Shown: in pieces, positions 47,795 through 58,232 of the stretch
How the letters are laid out: each line of letters starts with the position of its first letter
How positions within the stretch are numbered: position 1 is the stretch's first letter
Source: Candidatus Fermentibacterota bacterium
GTDB lineage: Bacteria > JAFGKV01
Assembly: GCA_016928395.1 (NCBI GenBank)
Contig: JAFGKV010000036.1
Span: forward strand, 1 to 64,000
DNA: 64,000 bases
Direction: 5' to 3'
Program-made: the position numbers and the translations under genes
Notes under the pieces: generated by a model
Told to the model about the DNA's origin: nothing
What the model saw: only the letters and a program-made list of their open reading frames with translations
Databases searched by the model: none

Positions 47795-49117
47795 TCAATC
47801 GTCCGCAGGTGACAAGATACGGGCCGCGGAGTCCGGGGACAACTCCCGACGCATACGCCAGGCAGCGATCAATACCCCCCATGAGAAACCCACGGCCAGC
47901 GCCAGCGCCACAGCCTGTCCAATCCCCCCTGCACCCAGCACCGTCCCGCGGAATCGGCCGGCCAGTATCCGGGGGACGACGAAGTGTGCCAAAGGAAATG
48001 CGACATCCTCGGGCATCTCCGGCTCCGTGGCGGTGAATCCTATCTGGGCAACCCACGACATGGCGGCCAATACCAGAAGAAGACGGCGCCAGCGCCCGCC
48101 CAGTGTACCCACCGCCCATGCCATCAGCGGGAGCACTATGATGGCATGACGCACGGTGCAGCTTGCGCCGCCCCACCACGCGGGAAACCCGGAAAGAAGC
48201 ACAAGGTAGAAAACGGGAACCGCAACCGTCATGATCAGCTCATGCCGCGACCGCAACTTCAGCGCAGCCACAGGCCAGAGCAAGAGCCAGGGACTCAGGA
48301 GAAAGAGGCCGCGATAGGTCCCGAACAACATGGGCACCAAGGTCCGGAGGGCTGGTGCGCCTATGCCTCGATACCCGTGGGACATCGCCTCGGCAAAGCC
48401 CTCATCCGCCAAGTTCTCGTACCCCGTGGCCAGGGGGGTGCCGAAGGATGCCAGATTGTAGCCTGCCACCAGGGCCGCGCCGGGAAGCATGCCGAAGACG
48501 AGCCGCACCGCACCCCGCCGGTCCTCCAGGGCTACTAGCACCACCACTCCGACAATCCCCAGAGCCGTAAGATAGTCTATGGCGCAACCCAATCCCGCGA
48601 CAACTCCTGCCCAGAGGTGGCGCTTCTCTCTGGCCAGCATCCACGCGGCCATGAGACACAAGGCGGAGGGAACATGGCCATAGAACAGCGTCGCGTAGGG
48701 AAGCACCGGGCTTGCGACGCAGCAGGCAGCCGCGGTCAGAGCAGCCGACGGGGTGTGAGCCATGCAAAGAAGCACGGCCAGCATCGCGGCGGGCACTGAC
48801 ACCAGAATGACCCGGACAAGAAGACGTTTCGCAGCGTCGCCGGTAGGATCCCCCGGCGCTACGATACGATCCCCGAGCCACACCACAGGGGCACCCAAAA
48901 TACCCATACCCGGGGCCTTAGCAGCGTAGAGACGCCCCCCGGATACGCTAACATCCCTGCTCTCGCCTATGAATTCATCCACCGCGGTGGTACCGCGACG
49001 AGCCAGGGCCAGACTCAGAGCCCACCTGCTTTGCCCGTTCCACCCCTCAGAAAAGGTGAAGAACAAGGAATACACCACAAGAAGCCCGCACCCCATCAGA
49101 ATGCATTGCGCCTTCAT
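47795..49117 (-). CDS. Polytopic membrane protein, probable GT-C glycosyltransferase
   Basis: SRWAL...KAPG, YATLFYGH, YNLASFGTPLATGY, RGLFLLSP, WWGG...RH; ATGA overlap with the upstream gene. Confidence 0.65.
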   Translation of the reverse strand: MKAQCILMGCGLLVVYSLFFTFSEGWNGQSRWALSLALARRGTTAVDEFIGESRDVSVSGGRLYAAKAPGMGILGAPVVWLGDRIVAPGDPTGDAAKRLLVRVILVSVPAAMLAVLLCMAHTPSAALTAAACCVASPVLPYATLFYGHVPSALCLMAAWMLAREKRHLWAGVVAGLGCAIDYLTALGIVGVVVLVALEDRRGAVRLVFGMLPGAALVAGYNLASFGTPLATGYENLADEGFAEAMSHGYRGIGAPALRTLVPMLFGTYRGLFLLSPWLLLWPVAALKLRSRHELIMTVAVPVFYLVLLSGFPAWWGGASCTVRHAIIVLPLMAWAVGTLGGRWRRLLLVLAAMSWVAQIGFTATEPEMPEDVAFPLAHFVVPRILAGRFRGTVLGAGGIGQAVALALAVGFSWGVLIAAWRMRRELSPDSAARILSPADD

Positions 49118-50607
49118 CGCGCCTCCCAGAGATCATAGCTTCCGATGGAGAATGGCCCCCGGTACTCCCGCCGAAGCACCGAGGCAAATTCGGTGAACTC
49201 CCTCATCTGCCCGTACGAGTCCATCGCCTCCACCGGGTTGACATCTCCGTGCACGATTACCACACACCCGGGGCGCTTCCTGATGAACTCCTGGATGAAG
49301 CGTGCCCGATGGCCTTTCTGCACCGAGACTTCGCGGGGCGAAGTCGTCGGGAACGTCAGGGGAAAATCGGCAACATAGCGCATGGGATTGGGGGTGCGGG
49401 AAAGATAGTTCAGACCCGGCTCAAACCCCCATACCAGAGCCGTGCCGCACCCTCTCCCGATGATTTCATCGGCCGCGCGCCTCTGTTCCGCAGCAGAGAA
49501 ATCTGCGCCAGACGCCTTGTCGCCGAATCCGGCAAGGTAGATGTCGGACGAGATAGCCCCACCCAGGTAACGGATCCCGCGCCACGCTTCGTACGCCGCC
49601 GGGTACCAGGCGGCAGAGAGCAGCCCGGGCGAGGCAAGCCATGGGCCGATTGCCATGAAGAGCACGATCACGCGAAGCACCGATCCCATGGCGCGCAGTT
49701 CGCCGACTCCCCGGCCGAACAACGCCATAAGCGGCGCCAGCACGATAATCCAATGGTAGGTGAAGAGCTTACCCTGCAGAATCACCGCACCCAAAGCACA
49801 CAGCAGCCACAGTCCCATGAAGCCCTTGCGCCGCACCACGGCGCTACCCGCAATGACGACTGCGGGCCACAGGGGCGCACCCCATCGCGCCACGCCGCGC
49901 ACCACCCTGCCCGCCAATTCCGCCTTCCACGTGCTGGCACCATACCCGGCATTGAAGATCACCAAGTCTTCCCAGACCCTCAGGAGGCCGCCACTAACCG
50001 CGTACAACCCCAACCACAGGGTAAGGGGAATGGCTGCTCCCAACGCAACACCCCCCACGCACCGGCATGTGTCCGCACGCCCGAGACCGCTCCTCCACGC
50101 CAGAATCGGCGCGAAGAGCAGGGCAACGGGCTTGGAAAGAATGGCTGACCCCAGCAGCACGCCTCTGAGCAGCGCCCTCGGGGTGCGCAGGCCCGCGGCG
50201 ATGAAGAGGTTCACGAGGTGCTCCGCCTGCCCTATGTCCCAGAAACGATGGAGGAGAGGGCACACGACCCCATAGCCAACGCCCGCCCACAGACCCCCTC
50301 GCCGTGTGCCCAGGTGGGACAGCAGCACCGATGTCACGCCGATGAGCACGCCGTTCCACGCCGCCCGGGGCACCACTGCCACACCTTCCATGAGCATGTA
50401 CCACCAGAACACTCCAGGGAACGTATTGGTCCAGAAATCGCGATGGGGCAGCTCACCGTGGAGCATCCGCCAGCCCCCGTAAGAGAAGTATCCCTGGTCG
50501 CGACCCACGGGCATCGCCCAGAACGGGACCGACAGCACGACCGGCAACAGGAGGAGTAGCCCATCCCGAGCCAGCCTCGAATCTAGAATCCCCCGACCGC
50601 GCGTCAC
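49114..50607 (-). CDS. GT-C (PMT_2/ArnT-like) glycosyltransferase
   Basis: GRDQGYF...GELPHRDFW..FPG, QAEH, SKP, FTYHW; GTGA overlap with the upstream gene. Confidence 0.72.
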   Translation of the reverse strand: MTRGRGILDSRLARDGLLLLLPVVLSVPFWAMPVGRDQGYFSYGGWRMLHGELPHRDFWTNTFPGVFWWYMLMEGVAVVPRAAWNGVLIGVTSVLLSHLGTRRGGLWAGVGYGVVCPLLHRFWDIGQAEHLVNLFIAAGLRTPRALLRGVLLGSAILSKPVALLFAPILAWRSGLGRADTCRCVGGVALGAAIPLTLWLGLYAVSGGLLRVWEDLVIFNAGYGASTWKAELAGRVVRGVARWGAPLWPAVVIAGSAVVRRKGFMGLWLLCALGAVILQGKLFTYHWIIVLAPLMALFGRGVGELRAMGSVLRVIVLFMAIGPWLASPGLLSAAWYPAAYEAWRGIRYLGGAISSDIYLAGFGDKASGADFSAAEQRRAADEIIGRGCGTALVWGFEPGLNYLSRTPNPMRYVADFPLTFPTTSPREVSVQKGHRARFIQEFIRKRPGCVVIVHGDVNPVEAMDSYGQMREFTEFASVLRREYRGPFSIGSYDLWEAR

Positions 50608-52088
50608 CACGGCATCGCTCCGGGACCATCTTCGTCCAAGGATGACCTCTCCAGCACGGCCAGCTCGGTGGACCCCGAACCCGAGACCCGTCGTGTAATC
50701 CTGGTATAGGTCACTCCCTTCATGAGCCAGCCCTTGAACTGGATGGTGGCCCGATACGGGGAGTAGATGAGATGAATCCGTCCGCCGGGAGGCACCCGTG
50801 CCCAGCATTCACTGGCCAAGAGTCGCGCCTCGTCCTCGCTGGCCCAGCGCCTGTCATAATGCGCATAGTCCACGCGATCCACCGTGCCGAAGCTGGGCGG
50901 AACCAGAACGGGGAGATTCCCTCGGTAGTAATAATGCAGCACAGGCGCTTCGATTTCGGGCGCCACCACCACCACGTCGTGTGCCTGCTGATTCTCCTCG
51001 ATGAGGGCAGCCAGTTCCCTCAGTGACCCCTTTTCATAGGCGGTGAAGTAGTAGAAGACGCCAACGGCGCAACCAGCCATCAGCAGGGCGGAACTTGCCC
51101 ACCGGATAGCCCTTCCGGCGCGACGCCACCCCGCGGCCAGCACCAGCAGGAAGGAGGGCAGCACCACGATGTCGTACCGCCCCGGCACCAGAGCCGGTAC
51201 CATCCGAGACACGATCCATGCCAAGGCCAGGGTGCCTCCGCACAAGGTGGCCAGCATCCTGCCCATCGAATCGCGCAGACCATGCATCAGTAGGGGAAGT
51301 GCACCCAGCACCACCGTCGCCAAGCCCATGGGGATGCCCAGGATGCACGAGTGCTCGGCAGCATCGATTCCGGCGAGCCACAGGCCGATGCTGCGCAGCG
51401 GCGCATCCAGGGACGGCGGCGGAAGCCAGGTGCCCGTGCGAAACACGAACACCTGCCTCCAAAGAAGCACTGCCGCCGGCAGCCACCCCACCGCTACTAC
51501 CAGAGCAAATGCCAGCAGCCTGCGCCAGGGCACCGTGCGTGCCGCCCCGATGATGCACCATGATACGGCGATGGCGAAGGAGGAAAAGTGGTGGGTCCAC
51601 AGGAGGAGGATCTGCACGGCGGCCAAGGCAGCCAGCCCCCGGCCTTCGCGCCGTGATCTGATGGTGAGGCATGCCAGTGCCACTCCCAGGAGACACACCA
51701 AGGCATACATCCGCGCTTCCTGGCTATGCCACAGATGCAACGGCGACACCGCCAGCAAGGCGCCCGCAACGACGCCGGGAGGCCCCATCAACCATGCCCC
51801 GCACAGGCCCAGCAGTGGAGGCGTCAATAGCCCGAAGGCCGCGGACAATGCTCTCGTGCGGGCCTCGCCCGGATCATCCCCCGCAACACTGCCAAGCAAC
51901 CAGTAGTACAGGGGAGGAGAGCAGTCATGCTCCAGGGCATGCCAGGCCGCCGCAGGCTTCAGGCGGGCAATGGCCAGGCAGTTGGCCTCATCCGTCCACA
52001 ATGGCTGGGAGCCCAACCCCGGCATCCGGATGATGGCGGACGCCACGAAAATGCCCGCCAGGGCCCCGGCTACGTACCGACGATCCAT
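50604..52088 (-). CDS. GT-C (GT39/GT83-like) glycosyltransferase
   Basis: LWTDEA, PPLYYWLL, SQEARMYAL, THHF, GRY. Confidence 0.82.
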   Translation of the reverse strand: MDRRYVAGALAGIFVASAIIRMPGLGSQPLWTDEANCLAIARLKPAAAWHALEHDCSPPLYYWLLGSVAGDDPGEARTRALSAAFGLLTPPLLGLCGAWLMGPPGVVAGALLAVSPLHLWHSQEARMYALVCLLGVALACLTIRSRREGRGLAALAAVQILLLWTHHFSSFAIAVSWCIIGAARTVPWRRLLAFALVVAVGWLPAAVLLWRQVFVFRTGTWLPPPSLDAPLRSIGLWLAGIDAAEHSCILGIPMGLATVVLGALPLLMHGLRDSMGRMLATLCGGTLALAWIVSRMVPALVPGRYDIVVLPSFLLVLAAGWRRAGRAIRWASSALLMAGCAVGVFYYFTAYEKGSLRELAALIEENQQAHDVVVVAPEIEAPVLHYYYRGNLPVLVPPSFGTVDRVDYAHYDRRWASEDEARLLASECWARVPPGGRIHLIYSPYRATIQFKGWLMKGVTYTRITRRVSGSGSTELAVLERSSLDEDGPGAMPW

Positions 52089-53743
52089 ATGGTCGGACAG
52101 TGGTAGCGCATGTCGTGCGGTAAGAGAACCCTACCCCAGGATACGATGAGCGGGGGCGTGGGGGCGGAAGAGAACGTCATGACCGAATGCGAAGCACCGA
52201 GCAGATTGCTGAGTGCCTCATGGGCAACGGGCAATGCCTGGGGAAAGCGGAACACGGGCTCGGTGTCATAGTCGCTGAGAATCACCCATTGAGGGCTCGC
52301 TTTCTTTAGAGCATCGAGATCCAAAGGCGCGATCACGATGCCGAACCGTTTCTGAGACAGTGGCGGTGTGGCAAAGTAGGGCTTTCCGAACACTGCTACC
52401 ACATCGCCGGGTGCGCCATGAGATGCAAGCCATGCCGACGCCCTGTCGCGCACGTCGGGCTCCCGGAACACCCCGGCATGCCCCGCCGCCAGCATGGCTT
52501 CAGACGCCAGCGCCGCCAGCAAGAGCCCAATGCCAGCTCGCTGAACGAGCCTTGACCGCGCCTCCGCCAGGAGCCAGGCGACCAGAAGAAGCTGCAGGGG
52601 AATGATCGGCAAGGCGTATCGAGCGAATTTCAACGGTGAACGCGCCAGTTGCAGCCAGAAGAGCCCCAGGAATGCCACGACGGGTAGCCTCGCCGAACGC
52701 CAGCGCACCAGCGCACCAGCCAGGGCCAAAGCCATGATCACCGTGGTGAGAGGGGAAGTCGCGGCCGGCAAGGTCTCAAGCCAGTGATGGAGAAAGCCGG
52801 GCCGCGTGCCCAGAAAGGCCATTCCATGCCCCTGGTGCATGTGATTCCACTGCCAGGCAAGATCGGCCCTGAATGTCGGCCAGTCTAAGATCACATAGGG
52901 CGACCCCGCCACAAAGGCCAGCCCGGCGCATAGCAACCCCGGCAGCAAGGCGCTCCGTGACCGTACCGCCTGGACAAAGGGAAACGCTATCGCCGCTCCT
53001 CCATACAGCTTCACGGAACCTGCCGCTCCTGCCGCCGCGAATGCCAGGAGCAGCCCGAGGCGGCCGGGCTGCCTCTCATGCCCGACACCGGCCAGTACCG
53101 CCGAAACCAGCACCCAGAAGACAATCGCCATGTCGGGTGTCCCGAAAGCTCCGTAGAGGACTACCAACGGGGAGACCGCAAACATGAGCAGCGTTGCCGC
53201 AAAAAGTGCGAGGCTTCGGGTGACCCTTCGCAGGAGCACGGCACACAACACCAGCGATGCCAGGCCCAGTGCCCAGCTTACCCAGCGCACGATGAGATAG
53301 ACCGTGGCCAGCTCTTCGGGATTGCCGAGGTAGAACTGCCTGCTGGCCGTCAAGGTTACCACGCCCAAGAGCTGTGCGGCCCACAGTACCACGCCTATGA
53401 CATAGATATGCAGTGTGCCCCAGTGGAACCATTTGGGGTTCAGTTGCAGCCGACGGGGATCCATGCGCGAGAGCGGAATGAGCACCGAGCATTCGTCCAC
53501 CTGGTAGCTCTGGAGCGGCCCGGTCACGAAGAGGCGATCCTCGCCGCTGCCCACCACCTCACCGTAGGACGCATCGTACAAGGCCAGACGTTCCCGGGAG
53601 GGAAGGCCCCACTGTATGCCAGCCAGACTCAGCACGGCGTACACCGTCATCGACGCGAGCACTACACCCATCACGGCGCGGCAGCTGGGCTGCGGGACCT
53701 CTCGTCTTCCCGTCTCGCGTCCTGCGGCACTGTCGGGAACCAT
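52070..53743 (-). CDS. GT-C (GT39/GT83-like) glycosyltransferase
   Basis: WGLP...VDE...LNPKWFHWG, TPD, KLYG, FARYALP; TGATG overlap with the GT2 gene. Confidence 0.78.
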   Translation of the reverse strand: MVPDSAAGRETGRREVPQPSCRAVMGVVLASMTVYAVLSLAGIQWGLPSRERLALYDASYGEVVGSGEDRLFVTGPLQSYQVDECSVLIPLSRMDPRRLQLNPKWFHWGTLHIYVIGVVLWAAQLLGVVTLTASRQFYLGNPEELATVYLIVRWVSWALGLASLVLCAVLLRRVTRSLALFAATLLMFAVSPLVVLYGAFGTPDMAIVFWVLVSAVLAGVGHERQPGRLGLLLAFAAAGAAGSVKLYGGAAIAFPFVQAVRSRSALLPGLLCAGLAFVAGSPYVILDWPTFRADLAWQWNHMHQGHGMAFLGTRPGFLHHWLETLPAATSPLTTVIMALALAGALVRWRSARLPVVAFLGLFWLQLARSPLKFARYALPIIPLQLLLVAWLLAEARSRLVQRAGIGLLLAALASEAMLAAGHAGVFREPDVRDRASAWLASHGAPGDVVAVFGKPYFATPPLSQKRFGIVIAPLDLDALKKASPQWVILSDYDTEPVFRFPQALPVAHEALSNLLGASHSVMTFSSAPTPPLIVSWGRVLLPHDMRYHCPTIWIVGT

Positions 53744-54585
53744 CACGACGACCCGGCCACTGGTTCGAGGAGGCGGAAGGTGTCGGGCCTGCGCCACAGC
53801 AGAGCCCAACCATGTTTGTCATGGAACGCAACGAAACTGGCCAGATGCGCCAGTTTCTGACGGTTCAACCCGCTAACCGCGCTGTCTCGCTTGTGAAGGT
53901 GGATCATGGTGGCGCCCGGGAAATAGACGACATCCCACCCCCCCTTGTGCATCCGATAGCACCAGTCCACATCTTCGAAGTAGAGAAAGAAACGCTCATC
54001 CATCGGCCCAATGTCGGCCACTGCCGTTGCGCGAACCAGCATGCAGGACCCCAGGACCCAGTCCACATTGGCAGAGGCGCTGTGATCGTAGTCTTCCATG
54101 AGATGATCCGCATTGATCGTCGTGGCCGGCAGCACCCTCCCCAGGAAGGTTCGACGGACCAGTGCGTGCTTCAGGGTATAGAAACGGCGACAGGAAAGCT
54201 GCAGCGTTCTATCTCCGTTCTCCAGACGGGCAGCTACAATGCCACTGTGGGGATGGCTATCGGCGAAACAGACGAGGGAGCGAATGGACTGGGGCGTGGC
54301 CACCACATCGGGGTTGAGGCAGAGGTAGTAACGCCCCGTGCATCTTCTGAGCGCGAAATTGGTTGCCCGGGCCAAACCGGCATTGCGCCCCAGGGAGACG
54401 ACCGATCCCGCAGGCATGTCGGGCAAAGGGGACGATACCAGCTCCTGCGACGGGGAATTGTCGACCAGGACAATCTCGTAGACCAGGCCCGCGCACCCGC
54501 TGCCCAACGATGCGACACACCGGGCCGTTTCTGCGACGTCTTTGTAGTGTACGACAATGATGGAGACATCGGACCCGGCGCTCAT
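53743..54585 (-). CDS. Family 2 glycosyltransferase (WbbL/rhamnosyltransferase-like)
   Basis: SIIVVHY, VDNS, NAGLARATN, LNPD, DWVLGSCML, DERFFLYFEDVDWC. Confidence 0.9.
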   Translation of the reverse strand: MSAGSDVSIIVVHYKDVAETARCVASLGSGCAGLVYEIVLVDNSPSQELVSSPLPDMPAGSVVSLGRNAGLARATNFALRRCTGRYYLCLNPDVVATPQSIRSLVCFADSHPHSGIVAARLENGDRTLQLSCRRFYTLKHALVRRTFLGRVLPATTINADHLMEDYDHSASANVDWVLGSCMLVRATAVADIGPMDERFFLYFEDVDWCYRMHKGGWDVVYFPGATMIHLHKRDSAVSGLNRQKLAHLASFVAFHDKHGWALLWRRPDTFRLLEPVAGSS

Positions 54586-54592
54586 GGGCTCA

Positions 54593-56053
54593 CTACCAGG
54601 GCCGGGTGAAGCGGGTCACGGTGAGGGCTGCTTCGGACGGCTCTCTGCGAAGCACAAGCCGACGGACCTGCCGCTCCAGAGAAGCAAGTCGCACGAACTC
54701 GTGCTCAGGTCCCGTGTCATAGTGCTCCCTCAACCATGCCTCCGCATCAAAGGTGATGTCGTGCCGCTGCTGGTCGGCCCGGTCTCTCTGGACGAGCCAC
54801 ACGACGGCGGCAGCCTTCCCCGCCAGTTCCTCGGTGGTGCGTTCACCGGGGCGGACAAGCTGGAAACGTAATCCTTGGCCGTAGTGCAGCAGCGGATACT
54901 CCTCGGTGGTCACCACCAGCTTATCGGGTTCAGTGTCATCGCGGATAAGCTGCACTACTTGGCGCCACGGCACCACATAGGCAGGGTTGTGGAAATCGAC
55001 ACCTCTCACGAGATTCACAATCCCACCGGCGTATCCCAACGCTACTCCCGCCAGAGCGACGACGCCCCACTTCCCCACCCGCTGGGCACCGGCAGCCAGC
55101 AGAACTGCCCACACCGGTGCCAGGAAGAGAAGCCTGCTGGGCAAATAGGCCAGGGGAAGAGACCGTGCTACGAGGGAAACAACCAGCAACGATACCACCA
55201 CGCCGGAGGCCAGCGTTACCTGGAGCAAGGGTGGCCTGCGGGCTCGCAAAACCAGAAACCAGGATGAGGCCAACAGCGGCACGCTGAACCACCAGTGCCA
55301 CGGCAGAATGGTTTCCGAGGCAGCCAGCACATAGAGCGGATAGCACGCTCCCCATACGGCCGTACGCCAATCGCCGAAAAACGATGCACGCTCCCCCCAG
55401 AGGATCATACCTCTGGTCTGGTGCAGCACCAAGGCCGCCAAGGGCGCCAGGAACACAGCAGCCAGCATGGTCGCGGCGGCCCATCGCAGAACGCATCGAC
55501 GGTGGTACGCCACCACCCATACCATCTGCGTCACGAACGCGGCAGCAAGCGTGAGGTAGTTGGTGTACCCGGCTAAGGCCAACATGAACCCGTTGAGCAC
55601 CCACCGCGTTGCACTGTCACGGCGAAGGGCAAAGACAAAGGTCAGCAGCGTTGCAACAAAGACAAGTGCCGAGAGCCCGTAATACCGTGCCATGCCGCAG
55701 AACAGCAACCAGAATGGAGACAATCCCAGGAACACGGCCGCAGTCCCTGGACGGGTAACTCCCACCACCCGAGCCAATGACACGGTCAAGAGGATCGTGG
55801 CAGCGGCTGCCAAGACAGAAAGACTGCGCACCGCATATTCACCATAACCGAACAGCCGGATCCACCCGTGGAGTATGAGGAAGTACAACGGCGGATGGAA
55901 ATCTGCGCCTTTGCCGCGGAGAATGTCGCCCGTGGATTCCGACGCACCCTCCAGGCTCCCGATCTCGTCACCCCAGTAGTCCAGGCGTCCTGCCTGGATA
56001 CAGGTCAAGACAGTCCAGACCACCAGGAGAAGAAGACCACCGCGCACGTTCAC
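54593..56053 (-). CDS. GT-C (GT39/GT83-like) glycosyltransferase
   Basis: YWGDEI, HPPLYF, GEYAVRSLS, MARYY, YTNY; GTGA overlap with the radical SAM gene. Confidence 0.8.
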   Translation of the reverse strand: MNVRGGLLLLVVWTVLTCIQAGRLDYWGDEIGSLEGASESTGDILRGKGADFHPPLYFLILHGWIRLFGYGEYAVRSLSVLAAAATILLTVSLARVVGVTRPGTAAVFLGLSPFWLLFCGMARYYGLSALVFVATLLTFVFALRRDSATRWVLNGFMLALAGYTNYLTLAAAFVTQMVWVVAYHRRCVLRWAAATMLAAVFLAPLAALVLHQTRGMILWGERASFFGDWRTAVWGACYPLYVLAASETILPWHWWFSVPLLASSWFLVLRARRPPLLQVTLASGVVVSLLVVSLVARSLPLAYLPSRLLFLAPVWAVLLAAGAQRVGKWGVVALAGVALGYAGGIVNLVRGVDFHNPAYVVPWRQVVQLIRDDTEPDKLVVTTEEYPLLHYGQGLRFQLVRPGERTTEELAGKAAAVVWLVQRDRADQQRHDITFDAEAWLREHYDTGPEHEFVRLASLERQVRRLVLRREPSEAALTVTRFTRPW

Positions 56054-57519
56054 CCGCCGCGAATCGCCCGCAGTTCGTTGATGATGATCTTGACGCCCTT
56101 TTTGGCCACGTAGCCCAGGTCGCCGAGGTTCAGGTGGCCCGACCGGAGCATGAGCTTGGCGCGCAGAAGGGATCCTCTGCTCTTGGCGTGGGCCATGTCG
56201 GCGTCGCTGACCCCTGGAAGCTGCATGACGAAGGAATCGTCGGTGAGCCACTTGGACCACGCTCCCCGGAGATCGGGCTTGATCAAGTTATGGCGCAGAG
56301 CGATATCGTAGAGCTTCGATCCGGGGTACGGCGTGGTCACCGACCAACCGATGTAGTCAAGCAGTCTGTCGTCTGCCAGGCGTGACACAAAGTCCAGCGT
56401 GGCCTGTGTCTCCCTGACACCCTCATAGCACAGGCGCCCGTGTTCCTCCCACACATTGAACAGCATGAACAGGCCGTGAACCCTGATGCCGTGATCCTTG
56501 AGAACCGAGCATGCTGCTCTGACCTGGTCCAGGGTAATGCCCTTTCCGATACCCTGAAGGGTCCGCTCGTTGCCGCTCTCTATGCCAAGATGCACATACC
56601 AGCATCCCGCCCGCGCCATAGCGGCCACCAAGTCGGGCGGGAGTGGGTGGGCTCGCACCTGGGTCTTCCAGGTCATCCCCAGGCGTCGGTCCGCCAGCGC
56701 GGAAGCGATGCCCATGGCCGCGGGTATGTTGGCATTGAACTCGTCGGCATGGTCGAAGGTCTCGCGGATGCCAAAATCCTCGGAGAGCCGCTGAAACTCT
56801 TTCACCACATTGTCCGGAGATCGAGTTCGGACAGAGGGACGGCCGAGCTTCCAGACCATGTTGGAACAGAATGTGCACGAGAAGGGACACCCCCTGCTCA
56901 GCACCATCGAGGTCTCCGGCCTCTGCTTGGCCAGATAGAACCCCCGATAGCGGCGGAGGTCGACCAGATCGCGGGCCGGCGTGGCGACGTCGTCCAGCGG
57001 CGTGATATGGGCCCTGGGCTGGTTCACCACCGCAATCCCGTCTTGACGCCACGCGATACCGTCTATGCGTGGCGCCACCGTGCCCCACGGGGCGCCCGAC
57101 AACCAGGCCTCGGTAACCTCCACCAGTGTTCTCTCGCCCTCGCCCCGTACGACAACGTCGATGCTGCCGGTGCCCAATGCCTCTTCAGGAAGGGCCGTGA
57201 CGTGGGGACCACCGGCGGCTATCTTCACGTAGGGAAACGCCTCCTTGGTGCATCGAGCCATCGCGTAGGCACCCTCGGCAGCCGTTGTGTAGAAGGACAA
57301 TCCCAAGAAGTCAGGCCTGAAATCCTCCACCGCTCGCCACGTGTCATCGTAACCTTCCCGGAGACCGTCGATCACGGCAACCTCCAGGTCGGGAAACGCG
57401 GCCCTTAAGGCCGATGCAAGATACAAGACTCCAAGGGGAGGGGCCATTTCCTCGCCCAGCTCGCCCAGCCGGGGGATCTTCACCGGCGGAGCGAACAGCA
57501 GCAAGAAACGTTTCGCCAC
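56050..57519 (-). CDS. B12-binding domain radical SAM protein (class B methyltransferase-like)
   Basis: PPLGVLYLAS, GGPHVTALP, RGEGE, SRGCPFSCTFC (CxxxCxxC), GIESG, PYPGS; GGAGG RBS before GTG. Confidence 0.92.
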   Translation of the reverse strand: MAKRFLLLFAPPVKIPRLGELGEEMAPPLGVLYLASALRAAFPDLEVAVIDGLREGYDDTWRAVEDFRPDFLGLSFYTTAAEGAYAMARCTKEAFPYVKIAAGGPHVTALPEEALGTGSIDVVVRGEGERTLVEVTEAWLSGAPWGTVAPRIDGIAWRQDGIAVVNQPRAHITPLDDVATPARDLVDLRRYRGFYLAKQRPETSMVLSRGCPFSCTFCSNMVWKLGRPSVRTRSPDNVVKEFQRLSEDFGIRETFDHADEFNANIPAAMGIASALADRRLGMTWKTQVRAHPLPPDLVAAMARAGCWYVHLGIESGNERTLQGIGKGITLDQVRAACSVLKDHGIRVHGLFMLFNVWEEHGRLCYEGVRETQATLDFVSRLADDRLLDYIGWSVTTPYPGSKLYDIALRHNLIKPDLRGAWSKWLTDDSFVMQLPGVSDADMAHAKSRGSLLRAKLMLRSGHLNLGDLGYVAKKGVKIIINELRAIRGG

Positions 57520-57531
57520 AGCGGACCTCCT

Positions 57532-57566
57532 GCACGGGGACCCCTCGAAAGGAGGGGTCCGCGTGC
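57532..57566. other. Strong intergenic hairpin between the cyclophilin and radical SAM genes
   Basis: GCACG-G-GGACCCCTC-GAAAG-GAGGGGTCC-G-CGTGC fills the gap between the stop codon and the next RBS. Confidence 0.7.
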
Positions 57567-58181
57567 CTATTGGGCGACTACCGTCGCCTTCTCGATCACC
57601 ACAGGTGTCACCGGCACATCCCTGTGTCCGCCCACGCCATGAGTCGGCACGGCCCGAATGGCGTCGACCACGTCCATGCCGTCCTTCACCCTGCCAAACA
57701 CGGCGTAACCGTACTGGTCCGGCCCCTGGTAGTCGAGATTTGGATTGTCCACAACATTGATGAAGAACTGACTCGTAGCGCTGTCGACGACATTGGTGCG
57801 GGCCATGGCGAGGGTCCCCCGCACATTCGACAGGCCATTGGTCGCCTCGTTCCGAATCGGAGGCCGGGTCGGCTTCTGGCTCATGTCTGAAGTGAAGCCA
57901 CCTCCCTGGATCATGAAATCTCTGATGACGCGGTGGAATACCGTGCCGTCGTAGTGGCCGCTGGCGACGTAACTCAGGAAGTTCTCGACGCAAAGCGGTG
58001 CTTTCTGGCGATCCAGTTCGATGGTAATGACCCCCATGGTGGTAGCCAAGGTCACCACCGGACGTGACACACCGGCAGCCAACGGCTCCGGGGCAGGACG
58101 ATCGGCGGTCGCCGGGGGTTGATCCTTCGGACAGGCGGTCACCAGAACCACCAGAATGAGCGCGTACCAAAGGTGTCGCAT
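57567..58181 (-). CDS. Cyclophilin-type peptidyl-prolyl isomerase, lipoprotein
   Basis: Lipobox [49 protein letters not shown]. Confidence 0.94.
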   Translation of the reverse strand: MRHLWYALILVVLVTACPKDQPPATADRPAPEPLAAGVSRPVVTLATTMGVITIELDRQKAPLCVENFLSYVASGHYDGTVFHRVIRDFMIQGGGFTSDMSQKPTRPPIRNEATNGLSNVRGTLAMARTNVVDSATSQFFINVVDNPNLDYQGPDQYGYAVFGRVKDGMDVVDAIRAVPTHGVGGHRDVPVTPVVIEKATVVAQ

Positions 58182-58232
58182 ACGACCTCCTCTGTCATGT
58201 GAGTGCCACGCACCACGATTCTCGTGTGCATA

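Noticed and set aside
57520-58170. N-terminal extension of the radical SAM ORF in the ORF track (likewise for leuS, aroB, the receptor and several GT-C genes)
   Set aside because: Overlaps upstream genes in another frame; downstream starts with an RBS or stop/start coupling fit better.
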